Source: Octopus sinensis (lineage: Eukaryota). From it: a stretch of DNA of 64,000 nucleotides. The notes beneath the pieces are model-generated. The model was not told the DNA's origin. It did no database searches and saw nothing but the letters and a program-made list of their open reading frames with translations. The stretch covers positions 23,684,001 through 23,748,000 of the forward strand of contig NC_043018.1 in the NCBI RefSeq assembly GCF_006345805.1, in the 5' to 3' direction. The position numbers and the translations under genes are program-made. Position 1 is the first letter of the stretch, and the number at the start of each line of letters is the position of its first letter. Of the stretch, positions 14,713 to 27,580 are shown piece by piece.

Positions 14713-15636
14713 GTTTGTGTGTTTGTGTTTGTCCCACAAGCTTTGCTTGACAACCGATGCTGGTGTGTTTATGTCCCCGTTACTTAGCGGTTCGGCAAAA
14801 GAGACCGATAGAATAAGTACAAGGCTTTACAAAGAATAAGTCCTGGGGTAGATTTGTTCGACTAAAGGTGGTGCTCCAGCATGGCCACAGTCAAATGAGT
14901 GAAACAAATGAAAGAATAAAAGAATACAAATATAACAAAAAAAAACTGAATTTTTTTTTAAAAAGTCAAGAAGACTAGGCGCAGGAGTGGCTGTGTGGTA
15001 AGTAGCTTGCTAACCAGCCACATGGTTCTGGGTTCAGTCCCACTGCGTGGCATCTTGGGCAAGTGTCGTCTACTATAGCCCCGGGCCGACCAATGCCTTG
15101 TGAGTGGATTTGGTAGACGGAAACTGAAAGAAGCCTGTCGTATATATATATATATATGTATGCGTGTGTGTGTTTGTGTGTCTGTGTTTGTCCCCCTAGC
15201 ATTGCTTGACAACCGATGCTGGTGTGTTTACGTCCCCGTCACTTAGCGGTTCGGCAAAAGAGACCGATATAATAAGTACAGGGCTTACAAAGAATAAGTC
15301 CCGGGGTCGATTTGCTCGACTAAAGGCGGTGCTCCAGCATGGCCGCAGTCAAATGACTGAAACAAGTAAAAGAGTAAAAGAGTAAAAGAGTAAGACAGTA
15401 ATTTACCAATATATTTGTAGTCATAGATTTCTTCGGAACGTTTCTTTAGGTTTGTCCCTTCTTTGATGGTGCCTTCTTCACCTGTTTTAGCAGCAGCCGT
15501 TTTCTTCCCGGCCGCCTTGTTCCCTTTACCAGTTTTAACCTTTTTCAGGTCGACAGTCTGCAAGGATGCTTTACGCTGAACAACACGAAACAGTTTGGGA
15601 AAACGTGAACACTCGTGCAGTGCAAGAACAGTGTGA

Positions 15637-15676
<40 letters not shown>

Positions 15677-16122
15677 TGTGGTGGGGTTTACAAGTAAATG
15701 TGTGCAAGTGCATAAATGTGCAAATGTGCATGTGTGCATAGCTGCATGGACATAAGCAAGCATGTGTGTATATATATATATATATATATAATATTAATTA
15801 GAGACAAAACCACTATTTTGCAAAACAAACAAGGAAAGACTTAATCAATACATAAAATTTTAATAAAAAGTAAAAAAAAACCGCCACTACAATTGTTTCA
15901 TGTCTTGAACGACAATCTTCAGGTGGATTTCCGATTTTCAAGTCAGTTTCAAATTTTTACTTTTTATTAAAATTTTATGTATTGATTAAGTCTTTCCTTG
16001 TTTGTTTTGCAAAATAGTGGTTTTGTCTCTAATTAATATTATATAATATTTTACTATAAAATTGGATTTAATCCTAAATCTGATTTTTTCCCTGTAAATT
16101 TGGATTTATTCCTAATATTTAT

Positions 16123-16156
<34 letters not shown>

Positions 16157-19100
16157 ATAATAAAACAATACTGGGAGGATAAGAAACGGAACGAAGCGAC
16201 GAATCGAAACGAACCCGACGCGAAGCGCTGTCAGACAATAGTGTAATAAATAAAATATATGCATACATACAAACGTATATGTACGTACCTACATCTACAT
16301 GTATATATACTGTTGAGTTCTACATCTTTTTGTGGTGTCCTGTACGTATTTTTTTTTTTTTTTACTTGTTTCAGTCATTTGACTGTGGCCATGCTGGAGC
16401 ACCGCCTTTAGTCGAGCAACTCGACCCCGGGACTTATTCTTTTGTAAGCCCAGTACTTATTCTATCGGTCTCTTTTGCCGATATATTTATATATGCATGT
16501 ATATATACATGTAGATGTAGGTACGTACATATATGTTTGTATGTATGCATATATTTTATTTATTACACTATATATATATCATCATCATTTAACGTCCGCT
16601 TTCCATGCTAGCATGGGTTGGACGGTTTGACTGTGGGCTGGCGAACCAGATGGCTGCACCAGGCTCCAGTCTAGATCTGGCATATATATATCTATATATA
16701 TACATGTGTGTATGTGTGTGTGTGTGTGTTTATGTGCAAATGCATGGACATCTATGCATTTCTATGTATGTGTGCATATTTATGCGTGTGTGTGTGCATT
16801 TCCATATATTTGTGTGTGAGTGTGGATATGTATCTCTACACAAGTGTGTGTGTGTGTGTGAATGTGTGAGTGTGAACATGTGTATGTGTGTGTGTGTGTG
16901 TGTGTTGTGAATGTGTCTCTATGCAAGTGTGTGTGAGTGTGAGAATGTGTCTACGTAAGTGTGTGTGAGTGTATGTATGATCATATGTCTATGTATGTGT
17001 GTGCGTGTGTGTGTGTGTAGAAAATAAAGAATGTCAGGAGTTATGTGATGAATATATTTATTTCACCAATTGATATCCATAGGATATATTGGGCATATGT
17101 TGGTGTGTGTGTGTGGGTGTGTGTGCACGCATCTACATATGTGTGTGTGTGTGTGTGCACGCATCTACATATGCGTGTGTGTGTGTGCACGCATCTACAT
17201 ATGCGTGTGTGTGTGCACGCATCTACGTGTGTGTGTGTGTGGTGTGTGTGTGTGTCATCATCATTTAACATCCATCTTCCATGCACGCATGGGAAGGACA
17301 GGGTATCCCTGTTTCCTTCCCATCATGCTCTTGTCCTTTCCTTCTCACCCCTTCTGGTCCTTCTGATGCTGTTGTTCCTTTTATTTATTTTTTTTTTTTT
17401 ACCTCTTTTATCCCTTTTCTGGGTCACCTATCCAAATCTACATACACACATTTACTAATTACTCACTACACCTGCATTTCTGCCCCAATCTCTACCTGGA
17501 GACAGTGAAGTTTGATGCCTGCTCAATGGACTTCCAGGACTCTTGTCCACTGACTTATTCATAATAGTTTCTAATTCAGGTGCAAGGGTAGAGACAGCCA
17601 GTGCCATCTACCCTACTACTTCACTAGTACTTTATTTTATTGACCCCCAGAAGAACGAAACGTAAAGTTGACTTTAGTGGGATTTGAACTCAGAACATGA
17701 AGAATTCAAAGAAATATCGCAAGATATTTTTTTCCTGACACTTTAATGGCCCTGACAACTTGCCATCCTTTTTCGTCTAAATAACAGTAATAATCCTTTC
17801 TACTAAAGGAACAAGGCCTGAAATTTTGGGGGAGGGGACCAGTCAATTACATTGAACCCAGTGTTTCACTAGTTCTTATTTTATCAACCCAGAAGGATAA
17901 AAGGCAGAATCGACCTCGGCAGAATTTGAACTCAGATCGTGAAGACAGACGAAATGCTAGTAAGCATTTTGTCCAGTGTGCTAACAATTCTGCCAGCTCA
18001 CCATCTTAATAATCATAATATTTCTTCCTTCTTATTTTGGTACAAGGCTAGTCAATTTTAGAGGGGTGAAGTGGATTGCATTGACCCCAGTACATGCCTG
18101 GTACTATGCTTTATTGATCCTGAAAGGATGAAAGGCAAAGTCAGCCTCAACAACAACTGAATGAAGAACATTAAGCCAAAAGAAATACTGGTAAGAATTT
18201 TGTCCAGCAAGCTAACAAGACCACAAATTTTGGGACAAGGTTCAATCAAAATGATTCGACCCCAGTATTTTATTGGTATTTATTTTCTTGAAACTAAAAG
18301 AATAAAGGACCAAGTCAGCTACAGCAGAGTTCAAACACACACATCACATACATACACAGAGGGAGAGCGGGGTGCATATGCGTATGTGTACAAGCTTGTG
18401 CATGTTAGTTGCATATAAGGTAAACAGGATATGTTAATGTTTGAGAATGGACGGAAGCTCATAAGGATAATAAACAACAACAATGTTAATCCTTTCTCTG
18501 AATAATTAGATTCCCAAAACACATACAAAAAGCTATAAATTTTTGCTTGCTTTGCTTTGCTTCATGCTCTTGTTTGATGGGGTTGGGGGGTCATCCCAGG
18601 TTAGTGGTCCCGGAGACGTCATCATGCAGAGAACTGACCAGGTCCACCAGTGCTCTCCGTCGCTAGCAGTCCCATGCCAACCCTTCTGCAACCTCCAAGG
18701 TGATGTCAAGCCTCTGGAGATCTTCCCCCAGTCACATCCAGCCATCTGGTGTGGGGCCTACTTCAAGGCCTCTTGCAGCCCACAGCTGCTGCATCAAAAG
18801 AGACTAAAACCCTGGTAGGTTGACCTAGTGGGAGATGGAGGACACGTCTGCACCAGCGCATGCGATGGACAGCTACGAGGTGGGAGGCTGCAGGCTGATG
18901 CATGCGCATACAGTTCTTTGTTGGAAACATGATGGTACCATCTGATGCTCTTGATGGTTCTCAGGGCTCTGCTATTGAGGCTGCCGATCCTCTTTTCCAG
19001 GGTCTTCAAGAGGGGCCACATTTCTGCTCCATAGATAGCTTTTATTTATAGCTTTATGTGTGCCACAAGAATCCACTATTTCAAAAAAGAATTATTTTGC

Positions 19101-22100
19101 ATTCTCTCAAAAGTTTAGAAAATTCTTATAACAACAATGATGATGATGATGAGGCAATAATGGAAACAATGATGATGATAAAAGCAATGATTAGTATTAC
19201 AACAACGATGATGATGATGATGAAAATGTAAATCTACCTACTTTTTCTACAGGTTTAGATTTGGCTATGTCGTCAGCTTTTAATGACAACAACTTAAACT
19301 TGATGAGTTTGGCCAAAAGCTCACTAGGAATTGGTTCCTTGCTATCAATAAAGGCTTTACATGCCTCGCATACCTCAACATATTGAGGGGCATCTTTACC
19401 TCGACCTTTTGGATTGCCATAAACGTTTACCTAGAAAATAAGATGTACAATATTACATATATGTGTGTGTGATACCCCTTATTGGTCACAGCTAATACAA
19501 GGGAGATAATCATGTATTCACAATATTTGGTGGGATTTTGATAGTAACTTTGAAGTTTCACTCGATGACTTATTCAGACAGTTTGAATAAACCATGAGAT
19601 GAAACTCCAAAGTCACGTTCAGTAATAGTAGCGAGTCTTTTAGTCAGTTACTATATCTGGGGTTTTTTTATGAACATAAAAAACATTTTTGGCAGTGTGT
19701 GTGTGTGTGTCCTTGTCAGTGGTTTTCCTCCCCTCACACATTCACGACACCAACCATGTTCTTTGTTTATTTAATTCATCCCTTTCAACTCCTGTTCACC
19801 CTCATTATTAAATCTTTATACACTGTAATCCCACTACACAGCACACATACATACACATATATATATATATATATACATACACACGATGCACTTCTCTCAG
19901 TTTCCATCTATCAAATTCACTCACAAGGCTTCTGTTGTCCTGGGACTATAGTAGAAGACACTTGCCCACCAAGGTGCCATGCAGTGGAACCGAACCCAAG
20001 ATAACATGGTTGGAAAGCAAGCTCCTTAACCACACAGCCACATCTGCACCTATAACCATACATATCTGTATCTATTTATACATGATGCATATGCATTACA
20101 TGCATGCAAGCATGTGTATGTAACATGTATAGTGTGTGTGTGTGTGTGTGTGTGTGATATGTATGCATGCATGTGACAAACACGTTTATGACATGAATGT
20201 ATGTATATGTGATGTGTGTGATGCATGAGATGTGTTTATGATTATACATGATGCGTATGTGTTACATGCATGCATAGGTGTGTATGCAATGTGTCTATGT
20301 GACACTGTATGATTGTGTGTATGTAAAACATCCAATAACAGAAAACAATTGCTCCTAAAAACAAAAGCTTGAGCTAGTCGTTCAGGTAGACCCAAGAATC
20401 CCAAGATCTTAACCCTAACCTGACTGAAAGTGTTCGTCTAAACCAGTGATTCTCAATTAGGGTCCATATGACCCTTGGAAGGCCATACAAGATTTGGATC
20501 TTTTCAGTTTGAACGGCAGTTTTTTAAAATAATTTCCACGTAACTAAACACTTTTAAACTTCGTATACTGGTAGAATGTGTTTATAAAACATCTTTTTCT
20601 CTTGGCTTTATTGAGAAAATTCTATGGTTTGTAAGATATTTGCTGTTTTTTTTCTTCAATTTCTGCAATTTCAACCAATCAGTGACGTCTATTGAGTTAA
20701 AAAGCATTCTGCACCATATGAATATGTCCCTCGTTTAAGAAACAGATTGGGTTTATTTACATTTGTGAAGAAGAAAAGATACCCTTCCCCCCACCCCTAA
20801 CCCTAAAACAGATTGAAATGCAATAGATCGATACTAGGGTCATAATTATGGGTGACAATTTCATATGACACTGCTAGAAAAAACTGCCGTTCAAACCAAA
20901 ATGATTCCAAGATTTTGTTGTCGTTTAAATTTATGTACAATAAGCTACTTATATTTCTAAAATGTGAAGGCGCGTGGCTCAGTGGTTAGAGCGTCGAGCT
21001 TACGATTGTGAGGTTGTGAGCTCGAATCCCGGACAGGGCTGCGTGTTGTGTTCTTGAGCAAGGCACTTTATTTCATGTTGCTCCAGTTCACTCAGCTGTA
21101 GAAATGAGTTGCGACGTTACAGGTGCCAAGATGTATCGGCCCTTGCCTTTTCCTTGGACAACATCGGTGACGTGGAGAGGGGAGGCTGGTATGCATGGGC
21201 GACTGCTGGTCTTCCATGAAACAACCTTGCCCAGACTTGTGCCTCAGAGGGTAACTCTCTAGGTGCAAAACCCATGGTCAGTGTCTGACCGAAGGGGGTC
21301 ACCACCACCATTTCTAAAATACACCAAATATCTTAATTTCTTATTTATACAATTCCTAATAATATATTTGTTGTTGTTGTTTTTTTTTTGCATCTCAGAA
21401 ACTTTAACCCTTTAGTGTTTAAACCGGCCATACCAGGCCAAAATTGTCTTCCAGTTTTATGCTCAAACCAGCCAGCTCTGACCTCTCACACCTACCCTAC
21501 AAAGTCAGGGGCATCATCAAAATCTGAGTTACAAGATGCTGTACAATTAATTTAAAACAATGTAATTAAACAGGCTTTACATTTGACAGATTAATCTGAA
21601 TGCTAAAGGGTTAAATGTACTTGGGTATAGAATTCCAGGTACAAGTAGAATACATATAGCTGTTTATGTACCAAGTTTAATTCTACCACCACAATTAAAG
21701 ATATGGTTGCAGACTCAAAGACTTGGATTTCCTAACAATATTTGATTTTAAAAAATATAACAGGAGTTTTTTTAATTATCGAATGGCTATGATGGTCCAC
21801 CCGAGTAAAATAGCAATCGAAGGGTGTCCACAGGTAAAAAATGATTGAGAAACACTGGGGTAAACAAAGGTAACCAAAAAGAGAAAAGGAGAGAGGAGAG
21901 ACAGACAGACAGACAGAGCAGTGTCATCAGAGACTTGAGCTCACTGAAGAATTATCTGGGAGTCTTACAAGTCAAGGATCCTAATTATGATCTCTGTATG
22001 CTGTGGTTTACTGTCAATAAATGTGGTTTAGTGGTTAGGGTGTTGGACTCATGATCGTAAGATTGTGGTTTCGATTCCTGGACCAGGTGATCTGTTGTGT

Positions 22101-23252
22101 TCTTGAGCAAGACACTTCATTTTACATTGCTCCAGTCCACTCAGCTGGCAAAAACGAGTAATCTATCCAGGTGGAGAATATATATGTCATGGAAACTGGG
22201 AAACCAGCCCTTATGAATCGGCATGACCCAAGAAGGTAACTTTACCTTTACTTTATTGATTAGCCCTGGGGCCTATAATGCTAAGATGGCCTTGTCTGAC
22301 AGAGAGAGAGAGAAAAAAAGATTGAGAGCAGTGCCATCATGAGGCATTAACACACTGGAGAATTATCTGGGAACCTCATGGATCAAGGGTCCCAATTTTT
22401 ATTTATGTATACTGTGGCTTACTGTCAATAAATAAATAAGGCCCAGTTCATTGATTTGCCATGGGGCCTATAATGCAAAGATGACTCTGTCTAAGAGAGA
22501 GAAACTGAGAGGGAAGAGAGAGAGACTGAGAGGGAAGAGAGAGAAAGAGAGAGAAACTGAGGGGGAAGAGAGAGAGACTGAGAGGGAAGAGAGACAAAGA
22601 CAGAAAGAGGGATTGCAAAGGTAAAAGAGACACTGACCTCCTTGTACAGACTTTGTTGTGTGATGATACCAAAACGTCTCCGAGATCCACCGTTGATTGC
22701 CGAAGTTAAATTATTGACGTTGATGACATCCTCTGGTTTGTCCTCAGCAATGAGGGCAATAAACACTTTCCAGCTAGACTGTAAGAAATAATAATAATGA
22801 TGATGATGAGGATTTCAAATTTTGGCACAGGGCCAACAATTTCTGGGAGGTGGGTAAGTTGATTACTTCAGCCCCAGTGCTCAACTGGTATTTATTTCAT
22901 TGACCTCAAAAGAACAAAAAGCAAAGTTGTCCTCAGCGGAATTTGAACTCAGAATGTAAAGAGGGACAAAATGCCACTAAGCATGTTAATGATTCTGCCA
23001 GCTCTAACCCTAACCACCCGAAGAATAATAATGAAAATGGCTTCAAATTTTTCCACAAGGGGGGCCATTTTGGAGCAGGGGACAAGTCAATTACATCAGC
23101 TCCAGTGTTCAGCTGGTATTTTATCGACCCCAAAAGGATGAAAGGCAAAACTGACCTTAGTTGAATTTGAACTCAGAACAGAGCAACAGATGAAATACTG
23201 ATAAGCATTTTGTTCAGCATGCTAACAATTCTGCCAGCTCACTACCTTGATG

Positions 23253-23288
<36 letters not shown>

Positions 23289-26200
23289 CTATGGTCAATG
23301 AAAAGGGTGTATATCATGCCTATAATTGTTGGTTCCCTAGGTAGACTGAGCAAAAAAATTTTTAAAAATAAAAAAGCTTTTTGGAAAAGGAAGGAATAAA
23401 AAAAAATTGAAAATAGGACATATCCAGAAAACAGCATTATTTAGCAGTGCAAGGAAATTCCACAAAGTCTTTGGAACTTGAAAAGAACACACCATTTCAA
23501 TTCATGACAAGTGTAAAGCTGGTATATTAACGGCACCTCCAATGATAATCCGTTTAAGAATTTGTTTTGCAAGATTCTTGCTGTGAAATTGTGTGTTGGG
23601 ACAGATATTGTTGTATTTGGAAATGATTGTTTTTTTTAATTATTTATTTGACCTTCACTTTAGCTTTATTGTTGTTATTTTTTAGTTTATTATTATTAAT
23701 ATTTGTTTCTTTACTACCCACAAGGGGCTAAACAGAGGGGACAAACAAGGACATACAAATGGATTAAATCGATTATATCGACCCCAGTGCTTAACTGTTA
23801 CTTAATTTATCGACCTCGAAAGAATGAAAGGGAAAGTTGACCTCGGCGGAATTTGAACTCAGAATGTAATGGCAGACGAAATATGGCTACGCATTTCGCC
23901 CGGCGTGCTAACGTTTCTGCCAGCTCTAAAGCATCAAGCAGGCAGAATCACTAGCACACTGGGCAAAATGCTTGGTGGTATTTCACCTGTCTTTACATTC
24001 AGAGTTCAAACTGGCCCGGTCATGTTTGTTTGTGTGTCTGTGGACAAGATATCTCAAGAACCACTAGATGGATTTGGATGAAACTTTCAGGGATGTTTGG
24101 TCTTGTGACTGGCATGAACTGATTTGGGGATCAATCCAATACCGGACAAGGATTCTGGATTATTTTTCCTCAATTTTTCTTTAATTTTTGAGAGTGGTCA
24201 GGTTCATTTTGAGTATTCTAGCTTGTGAGAGTAGTCCAGTTTATTTCAGATAATCTCATTTTAAAAATCATCTCCGGCTAATCATTGAGAGGATGTTGGT
24301 GTTGCCTTGGTGGAGGTTTGTGCTCTTGTTATTATTATTATTATTATTATTATGTAAAGCAGCAAGTTAACAGAATCACTAGCACAGTGGGCAAAATGCA
24401 TAGAAGTATTTCACCTGTCTTTACATTCTGAGTTCAATTTCCACCAAGGCCAACTTTGCTTTTCATCCTTTTGGGGTTGATGAAATAAGTACCCATATAG
24501 CACTGGGGTCAATGTAATTGACTGCCCCCACTCCTGCCCGCATCCCCCCAAAACTTCAGGCTTTGTGCATATTGTAGAAAGGGTTATGTTTAGTTTATTA
24601 GTCAAAGTTATTTTGTCACACATTCTCTGCCCCTTCAATGACTTTCTGTCTCATGTGTTTCCTCTTGCCCAAAATGGAATGGGTAGAGTGCATGCGTTTA
24701 ATTGGCAAATTATGACCATCCCCAACTAAAACAATATGCAGTTTGCAACTCTGAGGGGCCGACTTTGTACTAGGGGGTGAGAAGCAAAAGATGGGTAAAA
24801 GTATGAGGTAAGGGGCCACAGTGGTAGAGGTTTCTTGCAGTAAAAAGTTTACATGAACACTTACATTCAGAAACGGTAATACGAAAACAAAAGTACTAGT
24901 TCAAAAATTTCCATAAAAGAATTTTTATTTCTTTAATTTCTTTCAGCTCACACACACAGACCTTTACATACAAACATATATATATATATATATATATTTT
25001 ATGGCTGCCCCCTCGTTATCGAGTATGGCCATTGCACGAAGCTTAACTGTTACTGGTGCTGTGATCGAATGTGACTTTTTAGCCCAGCTAAAGATCTACA
25101 ATGTCTTGTACAAAATTGGAACTAAGACCTTTACTGGTAATAGCCGGCTGTAGTTGTAACTGGGCTTCATGTACCTTTGCATGTCGTTTAAGTCCTCCTG
25201 CCGAATTAACTTTCTTCCACATGCCCGACAGATATGATTAGTATGGTGTGTTACACCACCACCAGTGGCCAGGTTGTCACTCATCTGTCTCGTTTTATGA
25301 CAACGAAGATGACTCATGAGTCCAGCTTTACTGAGGCAGGGTCTTGCACAGACATTGCATGTCAGAATCAAAGGAAGACCCTTCCCATGTATATATATAT
25401 ATATACATACATACATACATACATGCACATACACTTCCGTACACAAATATATATATACTTATACACACGCAAACACATACATAGTCCATGTGTGTTTGTG
25501 CAGTGGTTGTCTGACTACCGGCGTTGGTTTGTTTATGTTTCATTAATACAGCAGTTCAGCAAAAAAAAAATTGATAGACTAAGAACTGGGGTTGATTTGT
25601 TCAGTTAAGCCCTTCAATGCTGTACCCTAGAAAGGCCAATGCCTGAAATAAATAAAAGAATATATACACATATATACAGGGTGCAGTGAATAAATTGTCG
25701 TCTAAGTTGCATAAAAATGGAGATTCAACACGGAGGCCTACATCAAGTACGTGGAGGAGGTAGTGTTACCCTAGGTGAAGAGGGTGGCTGCTGGAAGTCC
25801 GTGTGTTTGGCAAGACTCTGCAGTATGCCACACAAGCAGGAGAACCCAGTCATGGCTGTCAGACAATTTCTGTGACCACACCACCCCTAACATCTGACCA
25901 CCTAACTCCTCACACTACGACCCGCTTGGCGCTGTTGAGCGAGACCAACAAAACTCCTTGTAACACCAAAGATGAACTGAGGGCAAGGATTATGGCAAGC
26001 ATTCACCAACAACGAGACCGTCCAAAAGAGTTGCAGGAGATTCCGAAGTCGTCTGGAGCCATGGTTAAAGGCAATGGCGATTTCATTGAATAAATTTACT
26101 CTTTAGAATTTCAAGATATATTAATATAATTTTGGTAAATATATCTGTTAAAACGAGATGTCAGTGTCATTTTCATTTTTGCATAGTTTAGACAACAATT

Positions 26201-27541
26201 TATTCACCGCATCCTGTATGTACATATATGTGTGTGTGTATATATATATATATACTAGCAGTATCGCCCGGCGTTGCTCGGATTTCTAAGGGAAATAACT
26301 ATATAAGCATTTTTAGAGAGTTACTTCCCTTATATAATAGCAAAAAAATACATTAAAAATGGGAAAAAATGATGGTAATTTTTTTTTTAAATCGTAGACT
26401 CATCGTAGACGCGCGCTAATACCCAGAAGGGCTCGATATGAATCACGACTATAAGATACCCGCTTTTGGTTAAACTGCACTGCAAAATGTGGGAGTAGTT
26501 AGGAATCTAAATCGTAGGAGACAGACACAGAACTTCACTTTTATATATAAAGATATATATATATGTTACGTATTCTTCCCTCGTTGATGATGTCCTGTAC
26601 TTGATGTATTTTATATTTATATATATCGTCAGTGTATTATATATCCAAAAAAAGAAACACACTCTAAGGCATAGAACAGTAATGTAACCCTATTTCTTAT
26701 AAGCTATTGACTGGGCAATAGCTTAACTACTTATATACCCACCCACCTCATTTCGTTGCCTCATAACTGCCAGAAAAATGGATACTTTTTAACGAAATTT
26801 TCAACAAATACCGCTTATATGCTATAGATTGAGAGTATATAGAGAGTAATGGGAAAGAATTTTTCCGAGGGGGTGGGAAGACCATATAAGTTGTAATGTC
26901 TCCGTTTTGACGGGGATTTCCCCAATTTTTTTTCACCACAGCGCTTGAAACGATTGCAGGGTGGGCATCTTTTTATGAAAAAAAAAAGTTTTGAATTTTT
27001 TTTAATACTCCTCTCCCTCCCACTCCGGACCGGTTTTGGGCCTTTTTTTTTTTTTTTTTGCACTTAAAAATCATGAAAAGAGCTTTTTCGGGGGAAAAAA
27101 ATTGTAACTATTTTCTGAGGAAAAGGTGTGTTATTCAAGAACAATTTAGCTGTTGTTTCCAGCAAATCCTAAGACCACCTTCCAATATTTTTCTCTCATT
27201 AAACACATTTAATGGAATAATGATGCCAAAGTAACACACGCGATAAGCTACAAGAACATTCTTTCCCATAAATCCATATATACTCTCAATCTACGGCATT
27301 TAAGCAGAATTTGTTGAAATTTTCGTTAAAAAGTATCCATTTTTCTGGAAGTTATGAGACAAAAATGTAGGGTAGGTATTCAACTGTAGTTATGCCTATA
27401 TATATATGTTGTGGGAGGGAAACCGTTTTGTGTGACGAAAACAGAACGGAAAATAACTTTTAAAAGTTCTTCCAAGTTTTTATGAAAACTGTCAACAAGA
27501 AAAAAATGTGTTGAAAAACTTGTTTAATCTTGTTTTCAACA

Positions 27542-27580
<39 letters not shown>

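Larger units (their letters stand above)
20444..21857. mobile_element. hAT MITE with three nested insertions
   Basis: TIRs CAGTGATTCTCAAT / ATTGAGAAACACTG, TSD GTCTAAAC / GGGTAAAC. Confidence 0.75.

Noticed and set aside
20790-20810. Telomeric CCCTAA repeats
   Set aside because: Only two units, internal to a MITE.
20965-21040. Possible tRNA gene (also about 43393 and 54858)
   Set aside because: A and B boxes are present but there is no closing acceptor stem and the sequence runs on into a SINE body.
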